From Campylobacterales bacterium (lineage in GTDB: Bacteria > Campylobacterota > Campylobacteria > Campylobacterales > Sulfurimonadaceae): 43,064 nt of DNA. Below, one piece after another: positions 10,217 through 19,388 of this stretch. Every line of letters starts with the position of its first letter. The first letter of the stretch is position 1. The position numbers and the translations under genes are program-made. The notes under the pieces are model-generated. The model was given only the letters and a program-made list of their open reading frames with translations, searched no databases and was not told the DNA's origin. The stretch covers positions 1-43,064 of the forward strand of contig JBBRBK010000011.1 of assembly GCA_038205935.1 (NCBI GenBank), given 5' to 3'.

Positions 10217-10735
10217 CTACTCAGTCAACACAACCTTCTTAGTTTCACGATTTGATACTTTTACTTTTTGCATTAAAATACCTCCCTCTTTTTCCTTTCC
10301 ATTTTGCCATTGAACTGATGTAGTGATGAAATACTCGCCATCTCCTACATTTTCATAGGTAAAATGACCTTGGCTGTCGCATACTCTTTTTACAACATAT
10401 TGTTCATATTTATCAGGAGTATTGGTAAACTCTGGAATGCCCCTAGAAAATGGTCTATAACCCCTCTCTGTGCTGGAATATATATGTTGCATTCGTTCAG
10501 AAGAATATGGTGTTACGGGAATCATTCCTACCTCTAGGCCTTCACAAGTAACAATTTTTCCATTATTTTTACGTAAATATGCACTCCCTTTTATAATACT
10601 TTTTCCATGGTTTTCATAAAGAAATTTTGTCACAACTGGATTAAATTTATTTGATGGAGTAAGTGGTTGACGAGATGCACAACCTGTTAAAAATAGACCT
10701 ACGGCTAAGCCGATAAAAATATAATTTTTGTTCAT
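10217..10735 (-). CDS. Lipoprotein of unknown function (carboxypeptidase-regulatory/prealbumin-like beta fold)
   Basis: Start re-assigned to ATG 10735 (AAGGA RBS); lipobox LTGC; CDSQGHFTYENV..GEYFI pattern. Confidence 0.7.
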   Translation of the reverse strand: MNKNYIFIGLAVGLFLTGCASRQPLTPSNKFNPVVTKFLYENHGKSIIKGSAYLRKNNGKIVTCEGLEVGMIPVTPYSSERMQHIYSSTERGYRPFSRGIPEFTNTPDKYEQYVVKRVCDSQGHFTYENVGDGEYFITTSVQWQNGKEKEGGILMQKVKVSNRETKKVVLTE

Positions 10736-10998
10736 AAGAGTCCTTTGAAATTTAAAATTAGCCTCACTTAGGCAGATTATCATTATCATGAACGCCTATT
10801 ATAGCACCTTAACCGTTTGTGTATCTATGGCTAGGAACTATAAAAAGTAAGTTTCAAAAATATTACTTTTGAAGTACTCTTTATAAAATCCCGTACTATT
10901 AATTGTATTTTATGTATAATCGAATTTCTATATTGTTTAGGAGAGTTTCTCCAATGCAAATATCTATTTCATTCAGAATCTAAAAAAAAAGGAAAAAT

Positions 10999-11142
10999 AT
11001 GAAAAATTTATTTTTATTACTTAGCGTGTCTTTATTATTGGTGTTGTCAACGGGTTGTTCTTCAACTTGGGGCGGTGTAAAACAGGATGTTAAAGAAAAT
11101 GTAGATAAAACGAAAGAGGTTATTCATAAAGCGACTGAGTAA
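10999..11142 (+). CDS. 47-aa small lipoprotein, entericidin EcnA/B-like (not in ORF track)
   Basis: AAGGA RBS then MKNLFLLLSVSLLLVLSTGCSSTWGGVKQDVKENVDKTKEVIHKATE*; lipobox STGC followed by T.GG.KQD and an amphipathic helix. Confidence 0.75.
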   Translation: MKNLFLLLSVSLLLVLSTGCSSTWGGVKQDVKENVDKTKEVIHKATE

Positions 11143-11167
11143 AACTCAATCACTTTTAGTATAGTTT

Positions 11168-11818
<651 letters not shown>

Positions 11819-11878
11819 TTAAGTCCTATCTGTTTTGTTGTTGAAATTATAGTTAAAGGAGTTGAAAGAAAGTAAACT

Positions 11879-12166
11879 TTACTCTTTTTCTTCGTCTTCT
11901 TCGTCGTCCTCTTCCATTTGTGCTGATAAGATGTCATTATAGATCTCTTCACATTCATCTTCTTCAATCTCGCCACATTCGATATCAACAAGAATCTCTT
12001 TTAAGTCATCACGAAACTCTATTAGTTCTTCAAGTTCCTCTTTTGCTTCCTCAATAGACTCATTTTTTTTATCTGCGATGATTTCATAAAGCTCATCCAT
12101 TCTATCTTCGATATCCGGTAATACACTCTTTTTGATCATCTCTTCGAGCTTTTGTGAAAATAACAT
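11879..12166 (-). CDS. Small, very acidic hypothetical protein
   Basis: 95 aa with about 40 Asp/Glu; AAGGA RBS upstream. Confidence 0.75.
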   Translation of the reverse strand: MLFSQKLEEMIKKSVLPDIEDRMDELYEIIADKKNESIEEAKEELEELIEFRDDLKEILVDIECGEIEEDECEEIYNDILSAQMEEDDEEDEEKE

Positions 12167-12286
12167 TTTTCATCCTTCAATTTTAATAGATAAAATAATA
12201 CCAAATAGTTGGTTACATGTAAGGCATATATAACAAGATTCTCATTATAATCACTGAACTTTTACTAGCTATCAAGGATTTTTACT

Positions 12287-13024
12287 ATGGTTAATTTTTA
12301 TGCTGTCATTATTGGAACAGAAATACTCAATGGAAGAAGAGAAGATAAACATTTTAAATTTATTCGCGATCTTTTAAACTCTTATGGACATAATCTTTTT
12401 TCTACTTTTATTATTAAAGATGAAAAACAACTCATTACAGATATTTTTGAGTTGGTAAAGAAGGATGAAAAAGCGGTGCTTTTTAGCTTTGGCGGGATAG
12501 GCTCAACTCCTGATGATCTTACACGTGAAATAGCCGCTGAAGTCTTTACATGTAAGCCTTTGGTTAGAAATAAAAAGTTTGAGCAAGATATCATCGATAG
12601 ATTTGGGGAGGAAGCTTATCCGCATCGTATATTTATGTCAGACCTTCCAGAAAATGCAAATCTAATAAAAAATCCTATCAATAATATGTCTGCATTTGAG
12701 TTAGATCATAAATACTTTTTTGTTCCAGGATTTCCTGAGATGTCGCATCCGATGATAACAGAGTGTGTCGAAAAATACTTTTGGGACTCTACAAAAAAGT
12801 ATAGAAAGACACTTTTTGCATATACGAGCGAAAATACTCTTATAGATCTGATGAATGAGATTCCATCAGATATGGAGTTGTCATCTTTACCTATTATAGG
12901 CAAAAATGGTCCCGAAGTAGAACTTTCTCTAAACTATTATGATGAAGTAGCTGTCGAAAATGAGTTTGAAAAATTTAAAACTTTTCTAGAGTCAAAAAAT
13001 ATCGAATATAAACTTCTTGACTAA
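12287..13024 (+). CDS. cinA: CinA-like (MoCF_biosynth N-terminal domain) protein lacking the PncC domain
   Basis: IIGTEILNG, GGIGSTPDDLT, FVPGFPEM motifs. Confidence 0.8.
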   Translation: MVNFYAVIIGTEILNGRREDKHFKFIRDLLNSYGHNLFSTFIIKDEKQLITDIFELVKKDEKAVLFSFGGIGSTPDDLTREIAAEVFTCKPLVRNKKFEQDIIDRFGEEAYPHRIFMSDLPENANLIKNPINNMSAFELDHKYFFVPGFPEMSHPMITECVEKYFWDSTKKYRKTLFAYTSENTLIDLMNEIPSDMELSSLPIIGKNGPEVELSLNYYDEVAVENEFEKFKTFLESKNIEYKLLD

Positions 13025-13491
13025 AAACTTTCAAGAAGTTCAATCATACTTTTCCTGTGCGTTTTTTTAGCAAAGGCAAGTGGGTCAAGTCCTTTTGAAT
13101 CCACAGCTTCTCTATCTGCTCCATTTTCTAAGAGCAACTTTGCAATCTCTTTGCGTCCATAACAAACAGCGCCCATAAGAGGGGTAAACTTGCTTCGTCT
13201 GCGCGTAAAATTGACATCAATGCCTGATTCTAAAAGCTTTTTTGTCAAATCAATTTTATTATACATAATGGCATAATCTAAAATACTCACGCCATCTTCG
13301 TTAAAATCATCCAAATCAGCACCGCTATCGATTAAGAGATTTATGATCTCATCATCACATCTATATCTAAGAGCTAGGGCTAAAACAGAATCACCCTCTT
13401 CACTACTATCATTAACATCAACGTTACTTTTTAAATATTTTTTTATACCTAAATAATCGTTCTCTTGTAAAAAATTAATCCATTCGTCCAT
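13021..13491 (-). CDS. Ankyrin repeat protein
   Basis: Repeated G.s.L..A....LLIDSGAD / TPLMGAVCYG...LLENGAD units. ATG at 13491 preferred from the AGGTGG RBS. Confidence 0.88.
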   Translation of the reverse strand: MDEWINFLQENDYLGIKKYLKSNVDVNDSSEEGDSVLALALRYRCDDEIINLLIDSGADLDDFNEDGVSILDYAIMYNKIDLTKKLLESGIDVNFTRRRSKFTPLMGAVCYGRKEIAKLLLENGADREAVDSKGLDPLAFAKKTHRKSMIELLESF

Positions 13492-13596
13492 TGTAACCAC
13501 CTAATAATGTGAAATTATACCCTCCATTTTTAACACTTAACCAATTAATTTTTTTTAAGTATAATTACAAACAAATTTTAAAAAAAGAGTCTTAAT

Positions 13597-14796
13597 ATGC
13601 AAATAATAGAAACAAGTGATGCTTTTAAAGCGTTGATAGAAAAAATAAAATCTGAAACAAAAGGCTATATAAATCCACTTGCTTTTGGTATAGCAAGAGT
13701 TGATTTTGGTCAGTTGAACAGTGATAAAGTGCTTCAAGCAACCTACCCTGTTATCAACTGGAATGAAAACTTCGGAAGTGCAGCTATATTTATAGAAGCA
13801 CTAAAAGAGCAAGGAATAGCTGTAGACTTCACACAAAATGAAGTTGTTTGCAATGTGAATCTAGCATTTTTAGAAAGCTGTCTGAATGCTTTTACTCCTT
13901 ACAGCGATGAAGCATATGGTGATGCACATAGAAATATCCAAGTAGTTTCACACCTTTATGCAGAGCTAAAAGAGAGCGGATGTAGAGAGGGAGAATTTAA
14001 AGTTGTATTTATCTTTAATGACGCTCCATGTGTAAGTGTTGAAGCTACATATCTTAAACTTTATGCTCTTTCTTTAGCAAAAGTTGCACTGAGAAGCATC
14101 AATCTTAATGGTGCTTTTGGAGCACTACCAAATGTTGCATGGTCAGCAGGTGCTCCGATAGAGCTTGAGTGGTTAAGAGAATTTGAGATCGAACTTAAAC
14201 TTTCAAATACATATCCAAATATTGATTTCGTAGATAAGTTTCCAAGATTTTTACAACACATTATTCCAGCGAACAATACTCGTATTTTAGAAGCTTCAAA
14301 AGTACGTTTTGGAGCGCAGCTTCATGCTGGTACGACTGTTATGCCAGGTGCTAGTTACATCAACTTCAATGCTGGAACAACAGGTGTGAGCATGGTAGAG
14401 GGACGCATCTCTTCTTCTGCGATAGTTGGTGATGGAAGTGATGTTGGTGGAGGAGCTTCTATTCTTGGAGTTTTAAGCGGAACTGATGGAAATCCTATCT
14501 CAATAGGTAAAAACTGTCTTCTTGGAGCAAACAGTGTATGTGGGATTCCTCTTGGAGATGCTTGTATTATCGATGCAGGTATTGCTATCTTAGAAGGTAC
14601 AAAAGTTACTATGTCTACACAAAATTTAGAAAAAATAAATGAAGTCAATGCAGAGCATACTCTTAAGGGTGAAATCTTTAAAGGTAAAGAGCTTGCAGGT
14701 CTTAACGGTCTTCATTTTAGACAAAACTCTCTTACAGGTGAGCTTTCAGTAAGTCGTTCAACAAGAGAAGTAAAACTAAACGCTGATCTTCACTAA
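13597..14796 (+). CDS. dapD: Tetrahydrodipicolinate N-succinyltransferase (Campylobacterota type)
   Basis: VDKFPRFL, YINFNAGT, MVEGRISSSAIVG, GGASILGVLSG hexapeptide region, LNADLH end. Confidence 0.93.
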   Translation: MQIIETSDAFKALIEKIKSETKGYINPLAFGIARVDFGQLNSDKVLQATYPVINWNENFGSAAIFIEALKEQGIAVDFTQNEVVCNVNLAFLESCLNAFTPYSDEAYGDAHRNIQVVSHLYAELKESGCREGEFKVVFIFNDAPCVSVEATYLKLYALSLAKVALRSINLNGAFGALPNVAWSAGAPIELEWLREFEIELKLSNTYPNIDFVDKFPRFLQHIIPANNTRILEASKVRFGAQLHAGTTVMPGASYINFNAGTTGVSMVEGRISSSAIVGDGSDVGGGASILGVLSGTDGNPISIGKNCLLGANSVCGIPLGDACIIDAGIAILEGTKVTMSTQNLEKINEVNAEHTLKGEIFKGKELAGLNGLHFRQNSLTGELSVSRSTREVKLNADLH

Positions 14797-14862
14797 CTTC
14801 AAAAATTTACTTACTTTAACTTCAGTTAAATCATTCTATAATGACTCTTTAAAGGAGTCATT

Positions 14863-15168
14863 ATGATATCTTCAAATGTTTCATCAATACAAGCCAATCA
14901 AGTCTTTCTAAATAATAATGCAAATAACATTGCAAATGTAAGTACTGATGGATTTATACCCTCAGACACTCGACTTAGCGATACTGCAAATGGAAGTGTA
15001 AGCGCAAATACACAACTTGCTACAGATAATGGTTCGCAAAAAAGTCAAACAGATCTTACAAAAGAGATTACAGATCAGATTACTATCTCAAGATCTGTTG
15101 AAGCCAATGTAAATGCCATCAAATCCCAAGATGAGATGTTTGGAGCTCTTTTAGATATTAAGGTTTAA
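14863..15168 (+). CDS. Small flagellar basal-body rod (FlgB/C-like) domain protein
   Basis: ANNIANVST N-terminal rod motif and EANVNAIKSQDEMFGALLDIKV C-terminal rod motif. Confidence 0.75.
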   Translation: MISSNVSSIQANQVFLNNNANNIANVSTDGFIPSDTRLSDTANGSVSANTQLATDNGSQKSQTDLTKEITDQITISRSVEANVNAIKSQDEMFGALLDIKV

Positions 15169-16462
15169 GCGTTAATATATTCATACTGTCTAGTTTACTA
15201 AGTAAACTTCCGCTATAGAATTTTTGCTCTTTACCTATCTCTAAAGTTGAAAAAACTGTTTTACCTACGATAATTCGTCCATCTTTCCCGCCTCCAGATA
15301 TTTTTATTCCCCATAGATTGTGCATAACGACTACCTTATTATTATAGACACCTGTGTATAAAAGAATATGTCCTTTTTTATGGAGCAATGTTTCAAAAGG
15401 AACACCCTCTTTTTTAATTAGCGCTATTTTTGCATCATCACCAAGGCCATTCAGTGAGATAACTTTTCCAACTTTGGCTTGATAGGAAGAGTTTCTAGGC
15501 AACCAAATGCCAAAAGGACTAAATAAATCTCTGAGTGTTGATGAGCAGTCTCGCTCTCCATACATTCCACCCCAGCCGTAATGAGTATGGATAATAGAAT
15601 CTACAAGCGTTGTAATGTTTTGTTGATTTAGTGCTAACACATCAGCAGTTGCAATATTTTTTGGAAGTATTATATGTTTGTAAATGGCACTACGATCAAC
15701 TCCAGCAACTATAACCGAAGCATAATAGCTGTCATTCGTTTCTTGTAAAAGAGGAAATTGCATACCGATCTTACTGTAATAAAGAAATTGGTTTTTATCA
15801 TCTTTTATAGGAAAGTCATCTACAGTAATAGAAATCTTTTTTGCACTTTCAAACTCTTGGCATTGTTGCTCTGAAAGTAGGACAAAGTCGTTTGTATGTA
15901 TCCATCCTGATGCGTATGAGGTAGAGATGTAAGCCCACGCTCCATCAAGTGAATAATGAGAAATTATTATTGGTTCATTGACATGAATCGAACTTTCTTG
16001 TAGATAATCAAAAGGGAAGCCCTCCCCAGCTTTTCTTGGATCATTAAAAAAAGGCTTGTCTGTCGGAAGTGCTCTTAAATTACTTTGTCCAACTGTGATT
16101 GCTTTTGCATTGATGCTTGCATACTTGTCAAAATTTGTATTTGTATTAAGACGATCTAAAAATGCTTGAGAGATTGGCTCAAGATTTTCTCCATAACTAT
16201 TTTTAGGAGTATAACTTCTAAATGGCCATCGCATACTCTCAATTGAAAATTTTGACAATTGCATATGCCAAGCCCGAAAATAGTGCTTTTCATATTGAGA
16301 CTGTACTTCATAGAGTGATCTATTTTCATCTAATGACGTAGTATAAGGTATTGCCGTTTGTGGTAGTTCCTTTAGATCTGCAATATCGGCGTAGGCAAGA
16401 GTGTTTACTTGCGAACAAGCACTTAAAAAAAAGAGTAAAAATAAAGACCAAAAATAGTTCAA
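15158..16462 (-). CDS. NlpC/P60 (C40) peptidoglycan endopeptidase lipoprotein with SH3 domains
   Basis: Lipobox LSAC; GEGFPFDYLQ; YGWGG..ERDCS (catalytic Cys), LPRNS, GHILLY (His). Confidence 0.88.
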   Translation of the reverse strand: MNYFWSLFLLFFLSACSQVNTLAYADIADLKELPQTAIPYTTSLDENRSLYEVQSQYEKHYFRAWHMQLSKFSIESMRWPFRSYTPKNSYGENLEPISQAFLDRLNTNTNFDKYASINAKAITVGQSNLRALPTDKPFFNDPRKAGEGFPFDYLQESSIHVNEPIIISHYSLDGAWAYISTSYASGWIHTNDFVLLSEQQCQEFESAKKISITVDDFPIKDDKNQFLYYSKIGMQFPLLQETNDSYYASVIVAGVDRSAIYKHIILPKNIATADVLALNQQNITTLVDSIIHTHYGWGGMYGERDCSSTLRDLFSPFGIWLPRNSSYQAKVGKVISLNGLGDDAKIALIKKEGVPFETLLHKKGHILLYTGVYNNKVVVMHNLWGIKISGGGKDGRIIVGKTVFSTLEIGKEQKFYSGSLLSKLDSMNILTLKP

Positions 16463-16501
16463 CTGTTTTCCTTATATGCAAAGTACCTTTTGGGTACAAG
16501 C

Positions 16502-17161
16502 TTAATCAACACTTCCAAATTTACCAACGACCCTGCCAATGAACTCGACTTCAGTAGGAGATACGGTAAGTTTTGAGTATTCTTTATTGTCTGAGATTAT
16601 ATCTATTTTTCCATCTATTCTTTTACTGACTCTTTTAATAAAAAGTCCATGCTCAGTTCTTATAACAAAAACTCCACCACGAGAAAGATCAACTTTTTGA
16701 CGGTTGATAAAAACAATATCTTCATAAGAAAATGTCGGTTCCATAGAATCACCGCTCACTTTGATAGCTTCTATATTTTTCATCTCAGTTTGTCCACCTA
16801 AGATATCTATAAAATTTTCAGAAAGTTCTAGACTCTGATACCCTTCATTGTCCACATCTCCACCTCCGCCGGCTGATGCACTGACATCATTGAAATATCG
16901 AACCATATAAAAACGGTTTGTAGATTCAACAAGACTTTCAGGCGCTTGCCCATATAAAAGCCAGTTGATCGATATAGCTTTTCGTGCACAAAAATCCAAA
17001 AGTTCATTAAAAGGCATCTTGTCTCTTTTTTTCATTGTCGCAAAATTCATTTGAGTTATTCCAAGAACATCGGCAATATCTTTATCAAATATTTTTTTCC
17101 CTGGATGTTCCTCTGATATGATATCTTTAATCTCTTCTACAATTTCTATAAAACTTTTCAT
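16502..17161 (-). CDS. CI/LexA-like repressor: N-terminal HTH plus S24 autopeptidase
   Basis: HTH DIADVLGITQMNFATMKKR...SINWLLYG; SAG cleavage-like site; GDSMEP (Ser) and FIKR (Lys); GRVVG end. Confidence 0.88.
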   Translation of the reverse strand: MKSFIEIVEEIKDIISEEHPGKKIFDKDIADVLGITQMNFATMKKRDKMPFNELLDFCARKAISINWLLYGQAPESLVESTNRFYMVRYFNDVSASAGGGGDVDNEGYQSLELSENFIDILGGQTEMKNIEAIKVSGDSMEPTFSYEDIVFINRQKVDLSRGGVFVIRTEHGLFIKRVSKRIDGKIDIISDNKEYSKLTVSPTEVEFIGRVVGKFGSVD

Positions 17162-17226
17162 GGGAAGACTCCTACCTTATTTATGATTCATATAATAATA
17201 ATAAAATTATTTATTGATTTAAGATT

Positions 17227-17286
17227 ATATGACAATTTGCAATATATTTTACTTAAATTTTTATTTTTATTTACAATTTGGAATAT
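17227..17286. promoter_or_regulatory. Two operator-like repeats ACAATTTG(C/G)AATAT in the divergent promoter region
   Basis: ACAATTTGCAATAT at 17232-17245 and ACAATTTGGAATAT at 17273-17286. The first is pseudo-palindromic (ATATGACAATTTGCAATAT) and abuts a minus-strand TATAAT at 17224-17229. Confidence 0.55.
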
Positions 17287-17307
17287 TTAATAAATGGAGT
17301 TAACATA

Positions 17308-17391
17308 ATGCAAAGTATAATCAAGAAAACTGAAACTATATTAGAACGACTTGATAGAAAAATAGAAGAGCTTGCAGAAAGATTTTTTTAA
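17308..17391 (+). CDS. Putative 27-aa peptide (not in ORF track)
   Basis: GGAG at 17296-17299, ATG at 17308, MQSIIKKTETILERLDRKIEELAERFF*; heptad-like amphipathic helix; its stop overlaps the stop of the convergent ORF. Confidence 0.5.
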   Translation: MQSIIKKTETILERLDRKIEELAERFF

Positions 17392-17516
17392 GATTTTTTA
17401 TTCTTAGAATCTTCTTCTTTTTCTCTTTGTTCAAGTTTACTTTGATGGTAACCTTTGAAGATAAAAACTAGAAATAGTACAAAGAAGATGGACATGAAAA
17501 TATCTATAAAATTCAC
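17388..17516 (-). CDS. Putative 42-aa single-pass membrane protein (not in ORF track)
   Basis: GTG start overlapping the trmL TGA; MNFIDIFMSIFFVLFLVFIFKGYHQSKLEQREKEEDSKNKKS*: one TM helix and a charged tail. Confidence 0.65.
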   Translation of the reverse strand: MNFIDIFMSIFFVLFLVFIFKGYHQSKLEQREKEEDSKNKKS

Positions 17517-17983
17517 ATCAACTTCTTGTACTCTGTAAAGTTTTGTTTGATCGCTTCATAAAGGATGATACCAGTGCTTACCGCAAGGTTTAAACTTCTA
17601 CCCTCTTTTGTCATAGGAATAGTAATATTTTTATCACTAAACTTCGTTAATAGCTCGGCGGGCAATCCAGAGGTTTCACTTCCAAAAAAGATAAAATCTC
17701 CGGCGTTAAAAGTGGAATTAAAATAGGGTTTATCTGTTTTAGTCGTTGCAAAATGTACATTATCCGAGATTTTATTATTAGTAAAAAAATCATCTAGATC
17801 TTCCCATACATGTAGATCGAGTTTGTCCCAATAATCAAGCCCTGCTCTACGTACTGCTTTTTCTGTGATATCAAACCCAAGCGGTTTAATAAGATGTAAA
17901 GAAGATCCTGTATTTACACATAACCTCCCGATAGTTCCTGTATTGTTTGGAATCTGTGGAGTAACTAATACTATATTAAACAA
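17513..17983 (-). CDS. trmL: tRNA (cytidine(34)-2'-O)-methyltransferase
   Basis: PQIPNNTG.IGRLC, RRAGLDYW, FGSETSGLP, RSLNLA SPOUT motifs. Confidence 0.93.
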   Translation of the reverse strand: MFNIVLVTPQIPNNTGTIGRLCVNTGSSLHLIKPLGFDITEKAVRRAGLDYWDKLDLHVWEDLDDFFTNNKISDNVHFATTKTDKPYFNSTFNAGDFIFFGSETSGLPAELLTKFSDKNITIPMTKEGRSLNLAVSTGIILYEAIKQNFTEYKKLM

Positions 17984-17992
17984 ATAGATTCC

Positions 17993-18829
17993 TTAGAATA
18001 TAACAGTTTTATTTGCATACACAAAAATACGATCTTCGAGTGCAAGTTTGAGTGCGCGAGAAAGTACGATTTTTTCAACATCTTTTCCAAGACGTTGCAT
18101 ATCTTTCCAATCAAATGCATGATCGATATGTCTAATATCCTGCGCAATAATTGGACCTTCATCAAGATTGTTATTCACAAAGTGCGCTGTTGCACCGATA
18201 ATTTTTACACCTCTATCATAAGCTTGTTTATAAGGATTTGCACCTATAAATGCGGGTAAAAATGAATGATGAATATTAATAATCTTATTGTCATATTCTT
18301 CTATAAATCTTGGTGTTAAAATACGCATATATTTTGCAAGTACAATATAGTCAATATCTTTATATTGTGCTAATTGTTCTAGAACTTTTGTTTCATGTTC
18401 TACGCGGTCGAGTCCATCATGTGAGACACAGTGATACCCAATTCCAAATTTTTCGACCAATGATCTAAGATCTTCATAATTAGAAATGACTGCTAAAATG
18501 TTTGCATCGAGCTCATCTGCTTCATAACGCATTAAGATATCACCAAGAGCATGAGACTCTTTTGTTGCCATAAGAATAATATTTTTCTTCTCAGGAGTGA
18601 TTACATTTATATTTGCTTTCTTCGATAAAACTTCAATAAGGGCATCGCTCAACTCAGTTTCTGAGACATCTCCGACAACTACACTTCTCATAAAAAATTT
18701 GTTGTTTACCTTATCTACAAATTCATGATTTGATAAAATATTCAAATTAAATTTGTAAAATATTGACGAAACTTTATAAACAAGTCCTTTTTCATCATGT
18801 GCATCTATTAAAACTCTATATTGTTTCAT
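17993..18829 (-). CDS. purU: Formyltetrahydrofolate deformylase
   Basis: ACT N-terminus, LAKYMRIL, INIHHSFLPAFIGANPY, GATAHFV..LDEGPII. Confidence 0.95.
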   Translation of the reverse strand: MKQYRVLIDAHDEKGLVYKVSSIFYKFNLNILSNHEFVDKVNNKFFMRSVVVGDVSETELSDALIEVLSKKANINVITPEKKNIILMATKESHALGDILMRYEADELDANILAVISNYEDLRSLVEKFGIGYHCVSHDGLDRVEHETKVLEQLAQYKDIDYIVLAKYMRILTPRFIEEYDNKIINIHHSFLPAFIGANPYKQAYDRGVKIIGATAHFVNNNLDEGPIIAQDIRHIDHAFDWKDMQRLGKDVEKIVLSRALKLALEDRIFVYANKTVIF

Positions 18830-19149
18830 TATTTCTCTTTGTGATCTATCAAAGTTATACGATTTTCTATGCTAGCTAAAAGGTATTCCAAAAAGTTAAG
18901 AGTAAGATCTACTTTTGCTTCTACTTTTATGTTATTTGGTGCTTGAAATCCTTCAAAAAGTACAAGAAGTCTCTCTTGAATACTTTCTAAAAATTGCTTC
19001 TCATCATTTGAAATAGGAGTTTTTGGAAGATGAAGCTCTATTTCATGCTTTTTTGGTTCAATAAATTCCTGTTTTTTTTGCTCAACAAATGTAGACTCTA
19101 TTTCGTCAAGCTCTGCCAAAGTACTTAATATAACATCTTTTAATTCCAT
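18829..19149 (-). CDS. Conserved Campylobacterota hypothetical (CiaD-like family)
   Basis: [13 protein letters not shown] start, ERLLVLFEG and LNFLEYLL motifs; usual position next to purU. Confidence 0.65.
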   Translation of the reverse strand: MELKDVILSTLAELDEIESTFVEQKKQEFIEPKKHEIELHLPKTPISNDEKQFLESIQERLLVLFEGFQAPNNIKVEAKVDLTLNFLEYLLASIENRITLIDHKEK

Positions 19150-19388
19150 GATTTTAATAGCCACCTTTCAAACTCGTAAAACTCGATTTTATCTTCCATT
19201 CTAACAAAAAACTCTTTCATCTCTTTGTTTACACCAAGAAACTTTTTTCTCATACCCGATAATCTTCTAATGGCTATTTTTGCATCAGTATTTGAAGGAT
19301 CTTTTTTTAGAACCTCTTTGTAAATTTCAAGAGCCTCTTCTTTGAGACCTTGAAGTTCATAAATATTTGCTAGGGTTAAAGTTTGCAT
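19140..19388 (-). CDS. Small TPR-repeat protein
   Basis: [31 protein letters not shown] is a TPR unit. Confidence 0.8.
   Translation of the reverse strand: MQTLTLANIYELQGLKEEALEIYKEVLKKDPSNTDAKIAIRRLSGMRKKFLGVNKEMKEFFVRMEDKIEFYEFERWLLKSWN

Noticed and set aside
10736..10789. N-terminal extension of the 190-aa ORF (also extensions at 25889-25927 and 19150-19164)
   Set aside because: Downstream starts have better RBS, signal-peptide or family-start context.
10982..10990. A9 run (and T9 at 42835-42843) as phase-variation tracts
   Set aside because: Short A/T runs are common at this AT content; no poly-G/C tract or frameshifted gene was seen.
16502..17161. Prophage suggested by the CI-like repressor
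   Set aside because: No integrase, structural or replication genes and no att-like repeats; neighbours are housekeeping genes.
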